A DNA stretch of 51,262 nucleotides from a virus (taxonomy: Duplodnaviria > Caudoviricetes), in the IMG/VR virus record IMGVR_UViG_3300033067_000549, positions 1 to 51,262 of that record, one strand, 5' to 3'. The stretch's first letter is position 1; every line of letters begins with the position of its first letter. The position numbers and the translations under genes are program-made. The notes beneath the pieces were generated by a model, which was not told where the DNA came from, ran no database searches, and saw nothing but the letters and a program-made list of their open reading frames with translations. Positions 1 through 7,250 of the stretch are shown piece by piece.

Positions 1-9
1 CAAGATCCG

Positions 10-64
10 CTCCACCCCCACCCCCGGGCGACGAGCCCGAGCCGCCGGTCAAAACCCGCAAGGG
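10..64. repeat. 55-bp terminal direct repeat, left copy (circular-assembly overlap)
   Basis: CTCCACCCCCACCCCCGGGCGAC...AAAACCCGCAAGGG at 10-64 is identical to 51208-51262; bases 1-9 do not match the sequence preceding the right copy. Confidence 0.95.
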
Positions 65-401
65 CACCCGGCTCCCGGAGGATTTCATCCCGGACAGCAG
101 TTGCGAGGCGACGGCCCGGGAGTTGAAGTTCTCGAACGGGGACTGGAAGCGAGCCCTCCAAGAGTTCCGCGACTATTGGGCAGGGGTCCCGGGCCAGAAG
201 GGCACCAAGCTCGACTGGCAAGCCACGTTCCGTAATTCGCTCCGCCGCTATGCCGAGAGGAAAACCTATGGAAAACCTGCCAACCAAGCAGCAATGGAAG
301 CCGCTTTCGACAACCTCGAAGGAAAGATTAGCCAGCATCGTCACCCGGATGATGGCCCCGAAGGACCTCAACCACCGGACCCCTCTGGTCTCGCCTACTG
401 A
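63..401 (+). CDS. C-terminal half of phage replication initiator (lambda O/DnaT-like C-terminal domain); joins 50853-51262 across the circular junction
   Basis: Frame is continuous across the junction; motif KGTRLPEDFIPD...FRDYW...KGTKLDWQATFRN is typical of phage initiator C-termini. Confidence 0.8.
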   Translation, partial: GTRLPEDFIPDSSCEATARELKFSNGDWKRALQEFRDYWAGVPGQKGTKLDWQATFRNSLRRYAERKTYGKPANQAAMEAAFDNLEGKISQHRHPDDGPEGPQPPDPSGLAY

Positions 402-885
402 GGCGCAAGAGTTGATCGAGGCCATCGAGGCCCGGGGCGACGTGACCACCCACCCCCAGCTTGCGGCCTCCTCGGCGCGGACCCTGATGGGGATGTTCCC
501 GGCCAAGGCCTTCAATGACCCGGAGGTATTCGTCACGGCGCTCACCGCGCTGTTCTCGGCCTATGACCACGAGTTCATCAAGGCGATCTGCAACCCGGTC
601 GATGGCCTGCCGACCCGGCTCAAGTATGCCGTCTCCCTCGCCGACGTGAAGGAGGCCCTCGAAGCCGAGCGCAACAAGCGCCTTGCCCTCCTGTCCCGCG
701 CCCGGTGGACACTCCGGGAACATGCCCGGCGGGAGGAGGAGGAAAAGGACCGGCAGTTCAAGCTCACCCCCGAGGAGGTGGAGCGGCGCAAGCGACACGT
801 TGCCACATTGCTCGGGCCGAAGGACATGGAGCATGGTGAGCCATTGAAGATTGAGACCAAGGAGGAATCCGATGAGCAGACTTGA
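268..885 (+). CDS. putative helicase loader / replication accessory protein (lambda P position)
   Basis: ATG 268 with GAGAGG RBS, overlaps the initiator 3' end; function inferred from position only. Confidence 0.5.
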   Translation: MENLPTKQQWKPLSTTSKERLASIVTRMMAPKDLNHRTPLVSPTEAQELIEAIEARGDVTTHPQLAASSARTLMGMFPAKAFNDPEVFVTALTALFSAYDHEFIKAICNPVDGLPTRLKYAVSLADVKEALEAERNKRLALLSRARWTLREHARREEEEKDRQFKLTPEEVERRKRHVATLLGPKDMEHGEPLKIETKEESDEQT

Positions 886-1306
886 AGCGGCCGAACAGGC
901 GGCAGCGGACAAGGAGTCGCCTGAGACAGAACTCCGGCCCGCGCCGGATCAAACTTTGCCATCGTCGGCAGAGTTGCGGCACGAAATGCGGGAACTTGTC
1001 AAAGCCCAAGCCGATGAGATCACCGCTCTCCGCGCCAAGGTGGAACAGGCGGCCCGCGACGAAGTCGAGTTGCGCCGTGTCTATGAGGCTGAAATTGATT
1101 CCGCTTTCCGGGCCGACGTAATCGGGTGCGGCTGGCTCCCGCCTATCAAGGTCATCCTCACGGTGGCCCACCTCAACCATGACCCCACCGACAACCGGAT
1201 GGAGAACCTCCGGCACTGGTGCCAGAAATGCCACAACAGCTATGACGCCGCCCACCGGGCCGCGAACCGCAAGAGACGGTTGACGGAATCAAAACCCCCG
1301 GGCTAG
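872..1306 (+). CDS. HNH-like protein with coiled-coil N-terminus
   Basis: C-terminal LTVAHLNHDPTDNRMENLRHWCQKCHNSYD is an HNH signature; the usual N-terminal CxxC pair is missing. Confidence 0.6.
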   Translation: MSRLEAAEQAAADKESPETELRPAPDQTLPSSAELRHEMRELVKAQADEITALRAKVEQAARDEVELRRVYEAEIDSAFRADVIGCGWLPPIKVILTVAHLNHDPTDNRMENLRHWCQKCHNSYDAAHRAANRKRRLTESKPPG

Positions 1307-1320
1307 AACCCGGGGGCTTT
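1291..1320. terminator. bidirectional intrinsic terminator
   Basis: AAAACCCCCGGG-CTAGAA-CCCGGGGGCTTT hairpin at the convergence of two operons; pairing and U-tract are better on the minus strand. Confidence 0.75.
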
Positions 1321-1392
1321 GTGATTGCCTCGCAACGCTAGGACCCTCGGCTCCCCCACCCCTCAAGGCGGGAGTTGGGGGTCCAATCATTT

Positions 1393-2080
1393 GGGAATTA
1401 TATACATGACTACCGAAACTGACATGATCGCGGCTTTATATGTGGAAACAAGCGGATGTTATTTCGGGATGCCGGGCGTGGACCCTTGGGATGCAACCCG
1501 AGATGCACGCTCTTATCACGGTCCACATCCCGTTGTTGCTCACCCGCCCTGTCAGCGTTGGGGCAAGATGTGGGCGGGAAGCCCAAGTGTTATCGCAAAG
1601 ACTGGTATTCGCAAGGTCAAAGGCGACGATGGCGGATGCTTCAAGGCCGCAATAGCGGCTGTGAGGCGATGGGGCGGTGTTCTGGAGCATCCTTTTGGTA
1701 GCGCCGCATGGAAGCACTTTAACATCCCCGTTCCGCCCCGGAACGGTGGCTGGATACCAACCGGCGACGGCGGTTGGACGTGCTGCGTCGAACAGGGACG
1801 TTATGGTCATTACGCCCGCAAGCCAACATTGCTGGTGGCCTATTATTGCGACCTTCCCGAACTGGATTGGGGAATTGGTGAACCTCGTATTCCGCAATGG
1901 GCAATCGACAAATACGGACTGGAGCGCGCCAAGCGCAACGGTGAACTGTCATTCAAGGGCGGGGGCACTGACAGCAGCCCGCGCATCGCGACGCCTACGG
2001 CATTTCGTGACCTTCTTATAGACATGGCGCGCACGGCGAAGAAGATCAGAGAATGACAGGTAGTCATGTATATAAGTCCC
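1393..2080. mobile_element. non-autonomous IS1595-family (ISNwi1-group-like) insertion cassette carrying one passenger gene
   Basis: 22-bp TIRs at 1393-1414 (GGGAATTATATACATGACTACC) and 2059-2080 (21/22 match); 8-bp direct repeat AATCATTT at 1385-1392 and 2081-2088; no transposase inside; more A/T-ending codons than the flanks. Confidence 0.85.
1406..2056 (+). CDS. putative DNA cytosine methyltransferase-like protein (cassette passenger)
   Basis: IAALYV...DPWDATRDARSYHGPHPVVAHPPCQRWG (catalytic PC motif), VLEHP, GHYARKPT; start ATG lies inside the left TIR. Confidence 0.65.
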   Translation: MTTETDMIAALYVETSGCYFGMPGVDPWDATRDARSYHGPHPVVAHPPCQRWGKMWAGSPSVIAKTGIRKVKGDDGGCFKAAIAAVRRWGGVLEHPFGSAAWKHFNIPVPPRNGGWIPTGDGGWTCCVEQGRYGHYARKPTLLVAYYCDLPELDWGIGEPRIPQWAIDKYGLERAKRNGELSFKGGGTDSSPRIATPTAFRDLLIDMARTAKKIRE

Positions 2081-2082
2081 AA

Positions 2083-2391
2083 TCATTTCCAGCGGCCGCA
2101 CACTCCGGCGGAGTTCCGGGTCCTGCCCCGCTTGCACCGCTCCCGCTTCACCGGCTTTGCCGCCACCACCTGCACCGGGGCGGAGGCCTTCTCCAGTTCC
2201 GCCCGGAGCCGGACAATCTCCAAGGATTGCGCCTCGACCACCTGCCGGAGGGTGGTGGTTTGGGCGAAGCACAGTTCCCGGGCGCTCAGGGGCCTCTTGT
2301 AGAGCGTTGTGCAGTTCCCGGTGCATACCCCTTGCCCGAGGGCGGGAAGGCTGTAGGCGGCCACCAGAGCCACGGCAATCAGGGTTCGCAT
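2083..2391 (-). CDS. hypothetical exported protein
   Basis: Signal peptide MRTLIAVALVAAYSLPALG; GGAGGAG RBS; its stop codon lies in the right TSD. Confidence 0.7.
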   Translation of the reverse strand: MRTLIAVALVAAYSLPALGQGVCTGNCTTLYKRPLSARELCFAQTTTLRQVVEAQSLEIVRLRAELEKASAPVQVVAAKPVKRERCKRGRTRNSAGVCGRWK

Positions 2392-2393
2392 GG

Positions 2394-2732
2394 CTACTCC
2401 TCCTCCCCGGCATGTTCCTCGTGGTGTTCGATCATCTCGTAAACGTCCTCGAACCCATCCCCATCGGGAACAAATCCCTCGGGCGGGTTACCGTTCTCGG
2501 CGCTCTGGAGAGTGAGGAATCCGTGGCACGTCTTGGACTTCTCGCCGTGGACATAGCCTCCCCTGCCGTAGTCGTCCTCCTCCTGATAGTCGGCCGTCTT
2601 GTGACAGGGGAAATCATTGTAGCGGTTCTGTGCCATGTACGCGAAATCGGCCGCCCGGCTCGGAGAAAGCCACAGGGTCTTGCTCCGGGAGAACGGGCAG
2701 AGGGCGCAGGTCTTTTTCATGAAGTCGCTCAT
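2394..2732 (-). CDS. Cys-rich hypothetical phage protein
   Basis: CALCPF...FPCHKT...CHG putative metal-binding pattern; ATGA overlap with the upstream gene. Confidence 0.75.
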   Translation of the reverse strand: MSDFMKKTCALCPFSRSKTLWLSPSRAADFAYMAQNRYNDFPCHKTADYQEEDDYGRGGYVHGEKSKTCHGFLTLQSAENGNPPEGFVPDGDGFEDVYEMIEHHEEHAGEEE

Positions 2733-2971
2733 GCCCCTCCCTTGCTCCTCTCTGCCAGCATGGCATCGGCCATCTGGTAGGCAAACTCGGCGACCCCCTT
2801 GGGCTTGGGGGACACGTCGGTTGCGAAACTTGCCAGCCATCCGGCGAGGGCTTGAGCCGCGAAGTAATCCCGGAGGGTCATGCCGGGGTCGGCGTAGCTC
2901 GCCACCCGGGCATTGTCATAGCCCTTCCAGTTTCGAGGAAACGCGGACTCCCTCCTGATGATGTCAGACAT
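2729..2971 (-). CDS. conserved small phage protein (GMTLRDYFAAQA family)
   Basis: AFP...GMTLRDYFAAQAL...AYQMADAMLAER motif. Confidence 0.8.
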   Translation of the reverse strand: MSDIIRRESAFPRNWKGYDNARVASYADPGMTLRDYFAAQALAGWLASFATDVSPKPKGVAEFAYQMADAMLAERSKGGA

Positions 2972-3215
2972 TGGCCTTCTCCTTGAGTTGCTTCTTGAGT
3001 TCATAGATTCGCTGGGTCGCCCGGCGGATGAGGTCCGGGCCAAAACCAATCTTGCCGTTGAGGTCGGGCACCTTGAGCTTGGCGATCTGCTCCTCGGTGA
3101 ACGCCATCTCCTTGAGCCCTTGGTCATAGCCCCGGGCGAGGTAGCGGTTGGCGAGGCGCATCTGGGACCGGTTGCGCTCGTAGCCCTTGATCTTCTCGCG
3201 GATGGTGGCGGTCAT
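2964..3215 (-). CDS. small protein paralogous to the middle of the DUF3560 protein
   Basis: Aligns by eye to the LREKLEK...IAHLER segment of 3400-4200; GGAGGAG RBS. Confidence 0.7.
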   Translation of the reverse strand: MTATIREKIKGYERNRSQMRLANRYLARGYDQGLKEMAFTEEQIAKLKVPDLNGKIGFGPDLIRRATQRIYELKKQLKEKANV

Positions 3216-3403
3216 TCTCCTCCCTCCATGATGTAGTCGGCCCAATCTTGGGCATCTATCGGACTGTAGAAGGTGGCCGATGATTGCCCCTTGCGGGTCC
3301 ACACATTTGCCCGGAACATCCCGTCGGCCATCGCCGTGACGGTAGCGCGGGCGGCCGGAGCCGCCCTCACCAGTCTGCCGAGCGCGTTGAATGCCCATTT
3401 CAC
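3212..3403 (-). CDS. hypothetical protein
   Basis: GTG start with AAGGAGG RBS; translationally coupled on both sides. Confidence 0.65.
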   Translation of the reverse strand: MKWAFNALGRLVRAAPAARATVTAMADGMFRANVWTRKGQSSATFYSPIDAQDWADYIMEGGE

Positions 3404-4200
3404 GAGGTCACCTCCTTGCTACGCAATTCCTTGAGTATGGACTCGGCGGCCCAGATTGCCGAGTTGCCGAGGTGGCGCTGCCATGCGCCCGAGGTCGGAG
3501 ACCACCGGAACCCGGAGGCCTTGAGCTTGCCGCGGACCTCGGCGTCCGGCTTGCCCGGAAAGATGATCTGGAGCCGGTTCTCCTCGACGTTCTGCACCAA
3601 CTTGATGCCGGTGTTTCCGATGTCCACCTCCTTGTGTTCGCGGGTCGCGGCACGTTCGAGGTGGGCAATGCGGTCCTTCACGCGCTTGATGTTGGCGTTG
3701 TTGTTGCTGAGAGCGTAGGGCGGGAAGCCGATGGGGCCGCGGCCGTTGCCCCACTGAGGGACCTTGAGTTCCGCGATCATCTTCTCGGAGAACCCGAGAG
3801 CCTTGAGCGCGGCATCGTCGCCCTTGCGGAGCGCGGCGTTGGCCGCCTTCATGCGGGCTTGTGCAGCCTCCAGCTTCTCCAGCTTCTCGCGGAGCTTGTC
3901 CGGTGCATCCGGGTCATCCGACGAGATACCGGCGGAGCCCACCGATTCCGCGGCCGAGCGAGCCCGGGCGGCGGCCTTGTCTGCCTCGATGGCCTTCCGC
4001 ATGTGGCTGTCATGCTTGGCGAGGGCGGCGCGGTGGCGGCGCTCGCTGTGATGACCGACGAGGATGGGCTGTCCGAACGGGATGCCCGCAACCTCGGCGC
4101 TCGCGGCCTTGAACCGGGCGGCTGAAATCCTATCCAGCTTCTCCGCCCGGGCGAGGAGGCGCTCGCGGCGGGCCTCCTGCTTTGCTTCATAGTGGTTCAT
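3400..4200 (-). CDS. DUF3560 domain protein
   Basis: IPFGQPILVGHHSERRHR signature, ISSDDPDA, LSNNNANIKR, C-terminal LKASGFRWSP..GAWQR. Confidence 0.85.
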   Translation of the reverse strand: MNHYEAKQEARRERLLARAEKLDRISAARFKAASAEVAGIPFGQPILVGHHSERRHRAALAKHDSHMRKAIEADKAAARARSAAESVGSAGISSDDPDAPDKLREKLEKLEAAQARMKAANAALRKGDDAALKALGFSEKMIAELKVPQWGNGRGPIGFPPYALSNNNANIKRVKDRIAHLERAATREHKEVDIGNTGIKLVQNVEENRLQIIFPGKPDAEVRGKLKASGFRWSPTSGAWQRHLGNSAIWAAESILKELRSKEVTS

Positions 4201-4209
4201 GGTGTCCTC

Positions 4210-4536
4210 CTATTCAATCCGGTCATGGATGGGGAGCGCCCCAAGGAAGGGGGCTCCGGTGATCTTCTCGACTGCCCGAACAAAGCGCCCGTCCGAGCAT
4301 CCGGCATAACTGCCGCCGAACATCACCCACTTGCCCCCGGCATCAGCCGGAATGAGCTTGGCGCAACCGGGCAGGTTGCCCTTGACCAGCTTCAAGACGG
4401 GGAGGCCCTTGGCCTCAAAAATCTCGGGGATGTCGTCGCCCACCACGAGAGCCTCGTTATGGGTCTCGGAAAGCCCCCCGTTCGCGCATTTGCGGAACAG
4501 GGGATTCGAGAAAATGTAAACTGAAAGTCCCTTCAT
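4210..4536 (-). CDS. conserved hypothetical phage protein
   Basis: CANGGLS...MFGGSY..SDGRF...LPIHDRIE pattern; AAGGAG RBS. Confidence 0.75.
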   Translation of the reverse strand: MKGLSVYIFSNPLFRKCANGGLSETHNEALVVGDDIPEIFEAKGLPVLKLVKGNLPGCAKLIPADAGGKWVMFGGSYAGCSDGRFVRAVEKITGAPFLGALPIHDRIE

Positions 4537-4544
4537 TTCGTGTC

Positions 4545-4604
4545 TCCTTTCGTCTCACTATGTAAACGAAAATCGGTGACCCGGTAATGTGGCGGGATGT
4601 CGCA
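4545..4604 (-). promoter_or_regulatory. leftward promoter/operator module, copy 1
   Basis: 44/60 ungapped identity to 6901-6960; both copies sit directly upstream of a leftward gene and include its RBS. Confidence 0.7.
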
Positions 4605-4605
4605 C

Positions 4606-4977
4606 TCAGTTGGGAGGCTTGATTGTAACCGTCGTGCCGGTCACGAGGGTCTCGGGGGCCGCATTGTTGAGGCATTGCGTGACCGCCATGATGACTTGGG
4701 CGCGGATGTACTGGACCGTTCTGTCGGCCGCCTCCTTGTCGATGTAGTCGATGGCGTTAGCGTGGATGTTGTAGATGATGGAGGAAAGGGCATGGGCCAC
4801 CCCCTCGGCAACCTGTGAGTGCTTGATGGTCACGCCGCGCTCAATCTCGGCGGCCATGGCGTAGTTCATCCCGGACTGAATGAGGATGGAGATGCGCTTC
4901 CACGGCTCCATCTCGTCGCGGGGGGTGGGGTCACCGGCGAAAGCCTCGGCGGCAACCTTGTCATAGGTGGACTTCAT
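4606..4977 (-). CDS. hypothetical protein
   Basis: GAGGAG RBS, coupled ORF in the leftward operon. Confidence 0.7.
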   Translation of the reverse strand: MKSTYDKVAAEAFAGDPTPRDEMEPWKRISILIQSGMNYAMAAEIERGVTIKHSQVAEGVAHALSSIIYNIHANAIDYIDKEAADRTVQYIRAQVIMAVTQCLNNAAPETLVTGTTVTIKPPN

Positions 4978-5159
4978 TGGTCATTCTCCTCTGTTGAATC
5001 TTCGGGCTCATACCCATCCCCACCACAGCGGGGACAGGTCTCGGTGTTGGTGGGGTCATAGCCCTCGGCCTCGCTCCAGCGCCACCGGACAGGCCGCTCC
5101 TCGTCGCGCCGGACAAAGCCGTCGCCGCAACACTCCCGGCAGGTCTTGGGGCAGGTCAT
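4974..5159 (-). CDS. DnaJ-type zinc-finger small protein
   Basis: CRECCGDG and CPRCGGDG (CxxCxGxG twice). Confidence 0.7.
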   Translation of the reverse strand: MTCPKTCRECCGDGFVRRDEERPVRWRWSEAEGYDPTNTETCPRCGGDGYEPEDSTEENDQ

Positions 5160-5470
5160 GCCCGGCCCTCCGCCTTGGCGATGAGCGTCCGGGTGTTTTC
5201 CATGGCCTCGCGGATGGCACCGTACTCGACGCAATCGCTGCAAGGTGGAGAGATGTGGCACGAGCAATTCCTCTCGGGAACGTCGGTGATTTCCTCCAGC
5301 CACTTGAGCATGGAGAGCATAGCCGGCGCCGCGGTGATGAGGGCAAGCCGTTCGAGGGCCTTATTGTCCGCCATGATGGGAACGGTGGCGACCAGGTTGC
5401 CGGCTTCATCAACAACGCGGTAGCTGGGGAACCGGGCGGGCTCCGGCTGCTGTGATTTCCATACGGTCAT
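5156..5470 (-). CDS. hypothetical phage protein with Cys motif
   Basis: LITAAPAML motif and NCSCHISPPCSDC. Confidence 0.7.
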   Translation of the reverse strand: MTVWKSQQPEPARFPSYRVVDEAGNLVATVPIMADNKALERLALITAAPAMLSMLKWLEEITDVPERNCSCHISPPCSDCVEYGAIREAMENTRTLIAKAEGRA

Positions 5471-5613
5471 GCTTGTGCTTCCTTCTCCTTGATCTGTTCG
5501 GCGAGCCGGGCGGCTGCCGCTTGACAGCGAGCCCTCTGCACCGGGTCATGTGTGGACCTGGCAACATGCTCCTGCCAGTAGAGAGATTGTCGCAGGGCGG
5601 CGAGGCTGGTCAT
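5467..5613 (-). CDS. 48-aa hypothetical protein (not in ORF track)
   Basis: MTSLAALRQSLYWQEHVARS... exactly fills the gap with ATGA overlaps at both ends. Confidence 0.55.
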   Translation of the reverse strand: MTSLAALRQSLYWQEHVARSTHDPVQRARCQAAAARLAEQIKEKEAQA

Positions 5614-5807
5614 GCGTCACCATCGGCGCCGCAATGGATGCAGTAGCACCGGCCCTCGCCGTGGTAGCTGTCCTCGTCTCCGCCATAGGCCGAGCCGGTG
5701 TAGGCCCACTCGTGGCCGGGGCAAGGGCAGGTCTGCCCGGGGTCATAGCTCTCCGGGTCCTGTTCATAGTCCTGCAAGGTCAAGATGCTTTGAAACACGT
5801 CAGGCAT
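5610..5807 (-). CDS. small Cys/His-rich protein
   Basis: CPGHEW...CYCIHCGADGDA; GAGGAG RBS. Confidence 0.7.
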   Translation of the reverse strand: MPDVFQSILTLQDYEQDPESYDPGQTCPCPGHEWAYTGSAYGGDEDSYHGEGRCYCIHCGADGDA

Positions 5808-5862
5808 TTGCTTCTCCTCTGGGTCTGGTCGGGCGGCCCGATGCCGGGCCGTCCTGCCAGTC

Positions 5863-6138
5863 TCAGGCGATCACCACCTTTGCCAGCGCCTCGCGCTCGT
5901 AGAGGTCCGGGTCTGCCCCGGGAACCTCCCAGCCGAACATGGAGCCGACGAGCATGGCCTCGACTTGGTAGCGGGTGATGCCGCGTTCCTTGTTGTAGGC
6001 ATCGACATCAAAGTTCGGGTTGCGGCCATAGTAGCCCATCTCCCCGCGCTTGATGAGGATGGGCTCGCCGGTGCCCGGCATCTTGGCCGCACACATCGGC
6101 GGCAGCTTCTTGAGAACTTCGAGAACGTCGTGGGTCAT
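5863..6138 (-). CDS. conserved hypothetical protein
   Basis: IKRGEMGYY...AMLVGSMFGWEVPGADP motif. Confidence 0.75.
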   Translation of the reverse strand: MTHDVLEVLKKLPPMCAAKMPGTGEPILIKRGEMGYYGRNPNFDVDAYNKERGITRYQVEAMLVGSMFGWEVPGADPDLYEREALAKVVIA

Positions 6139-6371
6139 TGACCGAACCCTCCGTTGATGATGGCGGCCTGGAGCGCGAACTTGTCGCGCTTGGCCTTCTT
6201 GACGTTGATGGTGTTGCGCTCGTCGGCCATGCCGGGGATGCCGTGGGCGCCGCCGAGGTTCAAGACCCAGGCCCCGACCTTGCGGTTGAACATCACGGCG
6301 CGACCGGTGCGCTCCTGCCCCTGAGGGGTGCGGATGGTCACCCGGTCGCCGACTTGGATGGTGTCAAACAT
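6135..6371 (-). CDS. hypothetical protein (SH3-like beta pattern)
   Basis: IQVGDRVTI... pattern; coupled ORF. Confidence 0.65.
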   Translation of the reverse strand: MFDTIQVGDRVTIRTPQGQERTGRAVMFNRKVGAWVLNLGGAHGIPGMADERNTINVKKAKRDKFALQAAIINGGFGQ

Positions 6372-6894
6372 TGGCGCTTTCCTTTCTGCCGGCAGCCTTG
6401 GGCTTGCCGGCCTTGGTTAAACTGGCCTGATAGGCGAGTGCCTTCTCCAGGGCGGCGGCCTTTTGTGCCGCGGTCGCCCCGAACCGGACAAGGCTGGAGG
6501 ATGGGGCGAGGATGCCGCAAGCCCCGTACTTTTCGCTGCGGCAGCAGACCTCGATGCCGAGGACCGGGATGTCGCACTTGCCGGTTTCCTTGTTCATGGA
6601 GTGGGCGTACACCCGCTCCGGCTTCACCTCGATCACCGGGGCAAAGAACCGGGCCGACATTCCGCTCGGCGCCATAATCTCGCACCGCATGAAGTCTCCC
6701 ACCTTGAACTCGCTGAGGGGCTTTTGGAACTGTGCCTCGTAGAACTCAGCGGCGGCCTGCCCCCGCTTGGTGTAGGTCACCTTGGCCCCGCCGCACTTGA
6801 AGCACCGCGAGCCGTCGATCTGGTTGTAGCTGAAATGACCGGAACCTCCGCACCGCGAGCAGGTCTCAATCTCGAACCCCAACTTGCTTTCCAT
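6364..6894 (-). CDS. zinc-finger protein, first gene of the leftward early operon
   Basis: CSRCGGSG...CFKCGG; AAAGGA RBS. Confidence 0.75.
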   Translation of the reverse strand: MESKLGFEIETCSRCGGSGHFSYNQIDGSRCFKCGGAKVTYTKRGQAAAEFYEAQFQKPLSEFKVGDFMRCEIMAPSGMSARFFAPVIEVKPERVYAHSMNKETGKCDIPVLGIEVCCRSEKYGACGILAPSSSLVRFGATAAQKAAALEKALAYQASLTKAGKPKAAGRKESANV

Positions 6895-6900
6895 CTCGTT

Positions 6901-6960
6901 TCCTTTCGACCTACGAGATAAACGAAATTCGCGCACATGATAATGTGGCAGGTTGTCACA
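6901..6960 (-). promoter_or_regulatory. leftward promoter/operator module, copy 2
   Basis: Homologous to 4545-4604; contains imperfect palindrome TGTGGCA-N3-TGTCACA. Confidence 0.7.
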
Positions 6961-6972
6961 TGCCAAGGCCAG

Positions 6973-7000
6973 TTGACAAAGCGAGGCTTTCAACTATTTT
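6973..7000 (+). promoter_or_regulatory. sigma70-like promoter for the XRE-def operon
   Basis: TTGACA-N16-TATTTT in the divergent intergenic region. Confidence 0.55.
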
Positions 7001-7018
7001 CATTTACGGGAGTATCGC

Positions 7019-7249
7019 ATGACAAAAAGCCCGTTCATTCCATCGGCCCGGCAGCTTCGCGCATTACGCGGCTGGCTCGGTCTCAGCCAGCAGGAGTTCG
7101 CAGATGGTGCGAGCGTCTCCGTCTCGGCCCTCATCGACTACGAGAGGCAGCGCCGCGAATCGAGCCCGGATGTGCTGGAGGCCATCGGTCTCCACGTCGC
7201 CCGCCTCGGCGTGACCGTCAAGGGCAAGTCCCTCGTGCTGGGAGAGTAG
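7019..7249 (+). CDS. XRE-family HTH transcriptional regulator
   Basis: QLRALRGWLGLSQQEFA...VSVSALIDYE. Confidence 0.9.
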   Translation: MTKSPFIPSARQLRALRGWLGLSQQEFADGASVSVSALIDYERQRRESSPDVLEAIGLHVARLGVTVKGKSLVLGE

Positions 7250-7250
7250 C

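Noticed and set aside
10-64. attL/attR or physical terminal repeat
   Set aside because: Lies mid-gene in the initiator, no integrase is present, and the length equals a common assembler k-mer.
1322-1405. SAM riboswitch upstream of the methylase-like gene
   Set aside because: No recognisable SAM-I/II/V consensus, and the hairpin lies outside the mobile cassette, so the adjacency is probably an insertion accident.
1325-1405. N-terminal extension of the methylase ORF given in the ORF track (243 aa)
   Set aside because: It crosses the TIR/TSD boundary into phage non-coding DNA; the ATG at 1406 (or 1424) is the plausible start.
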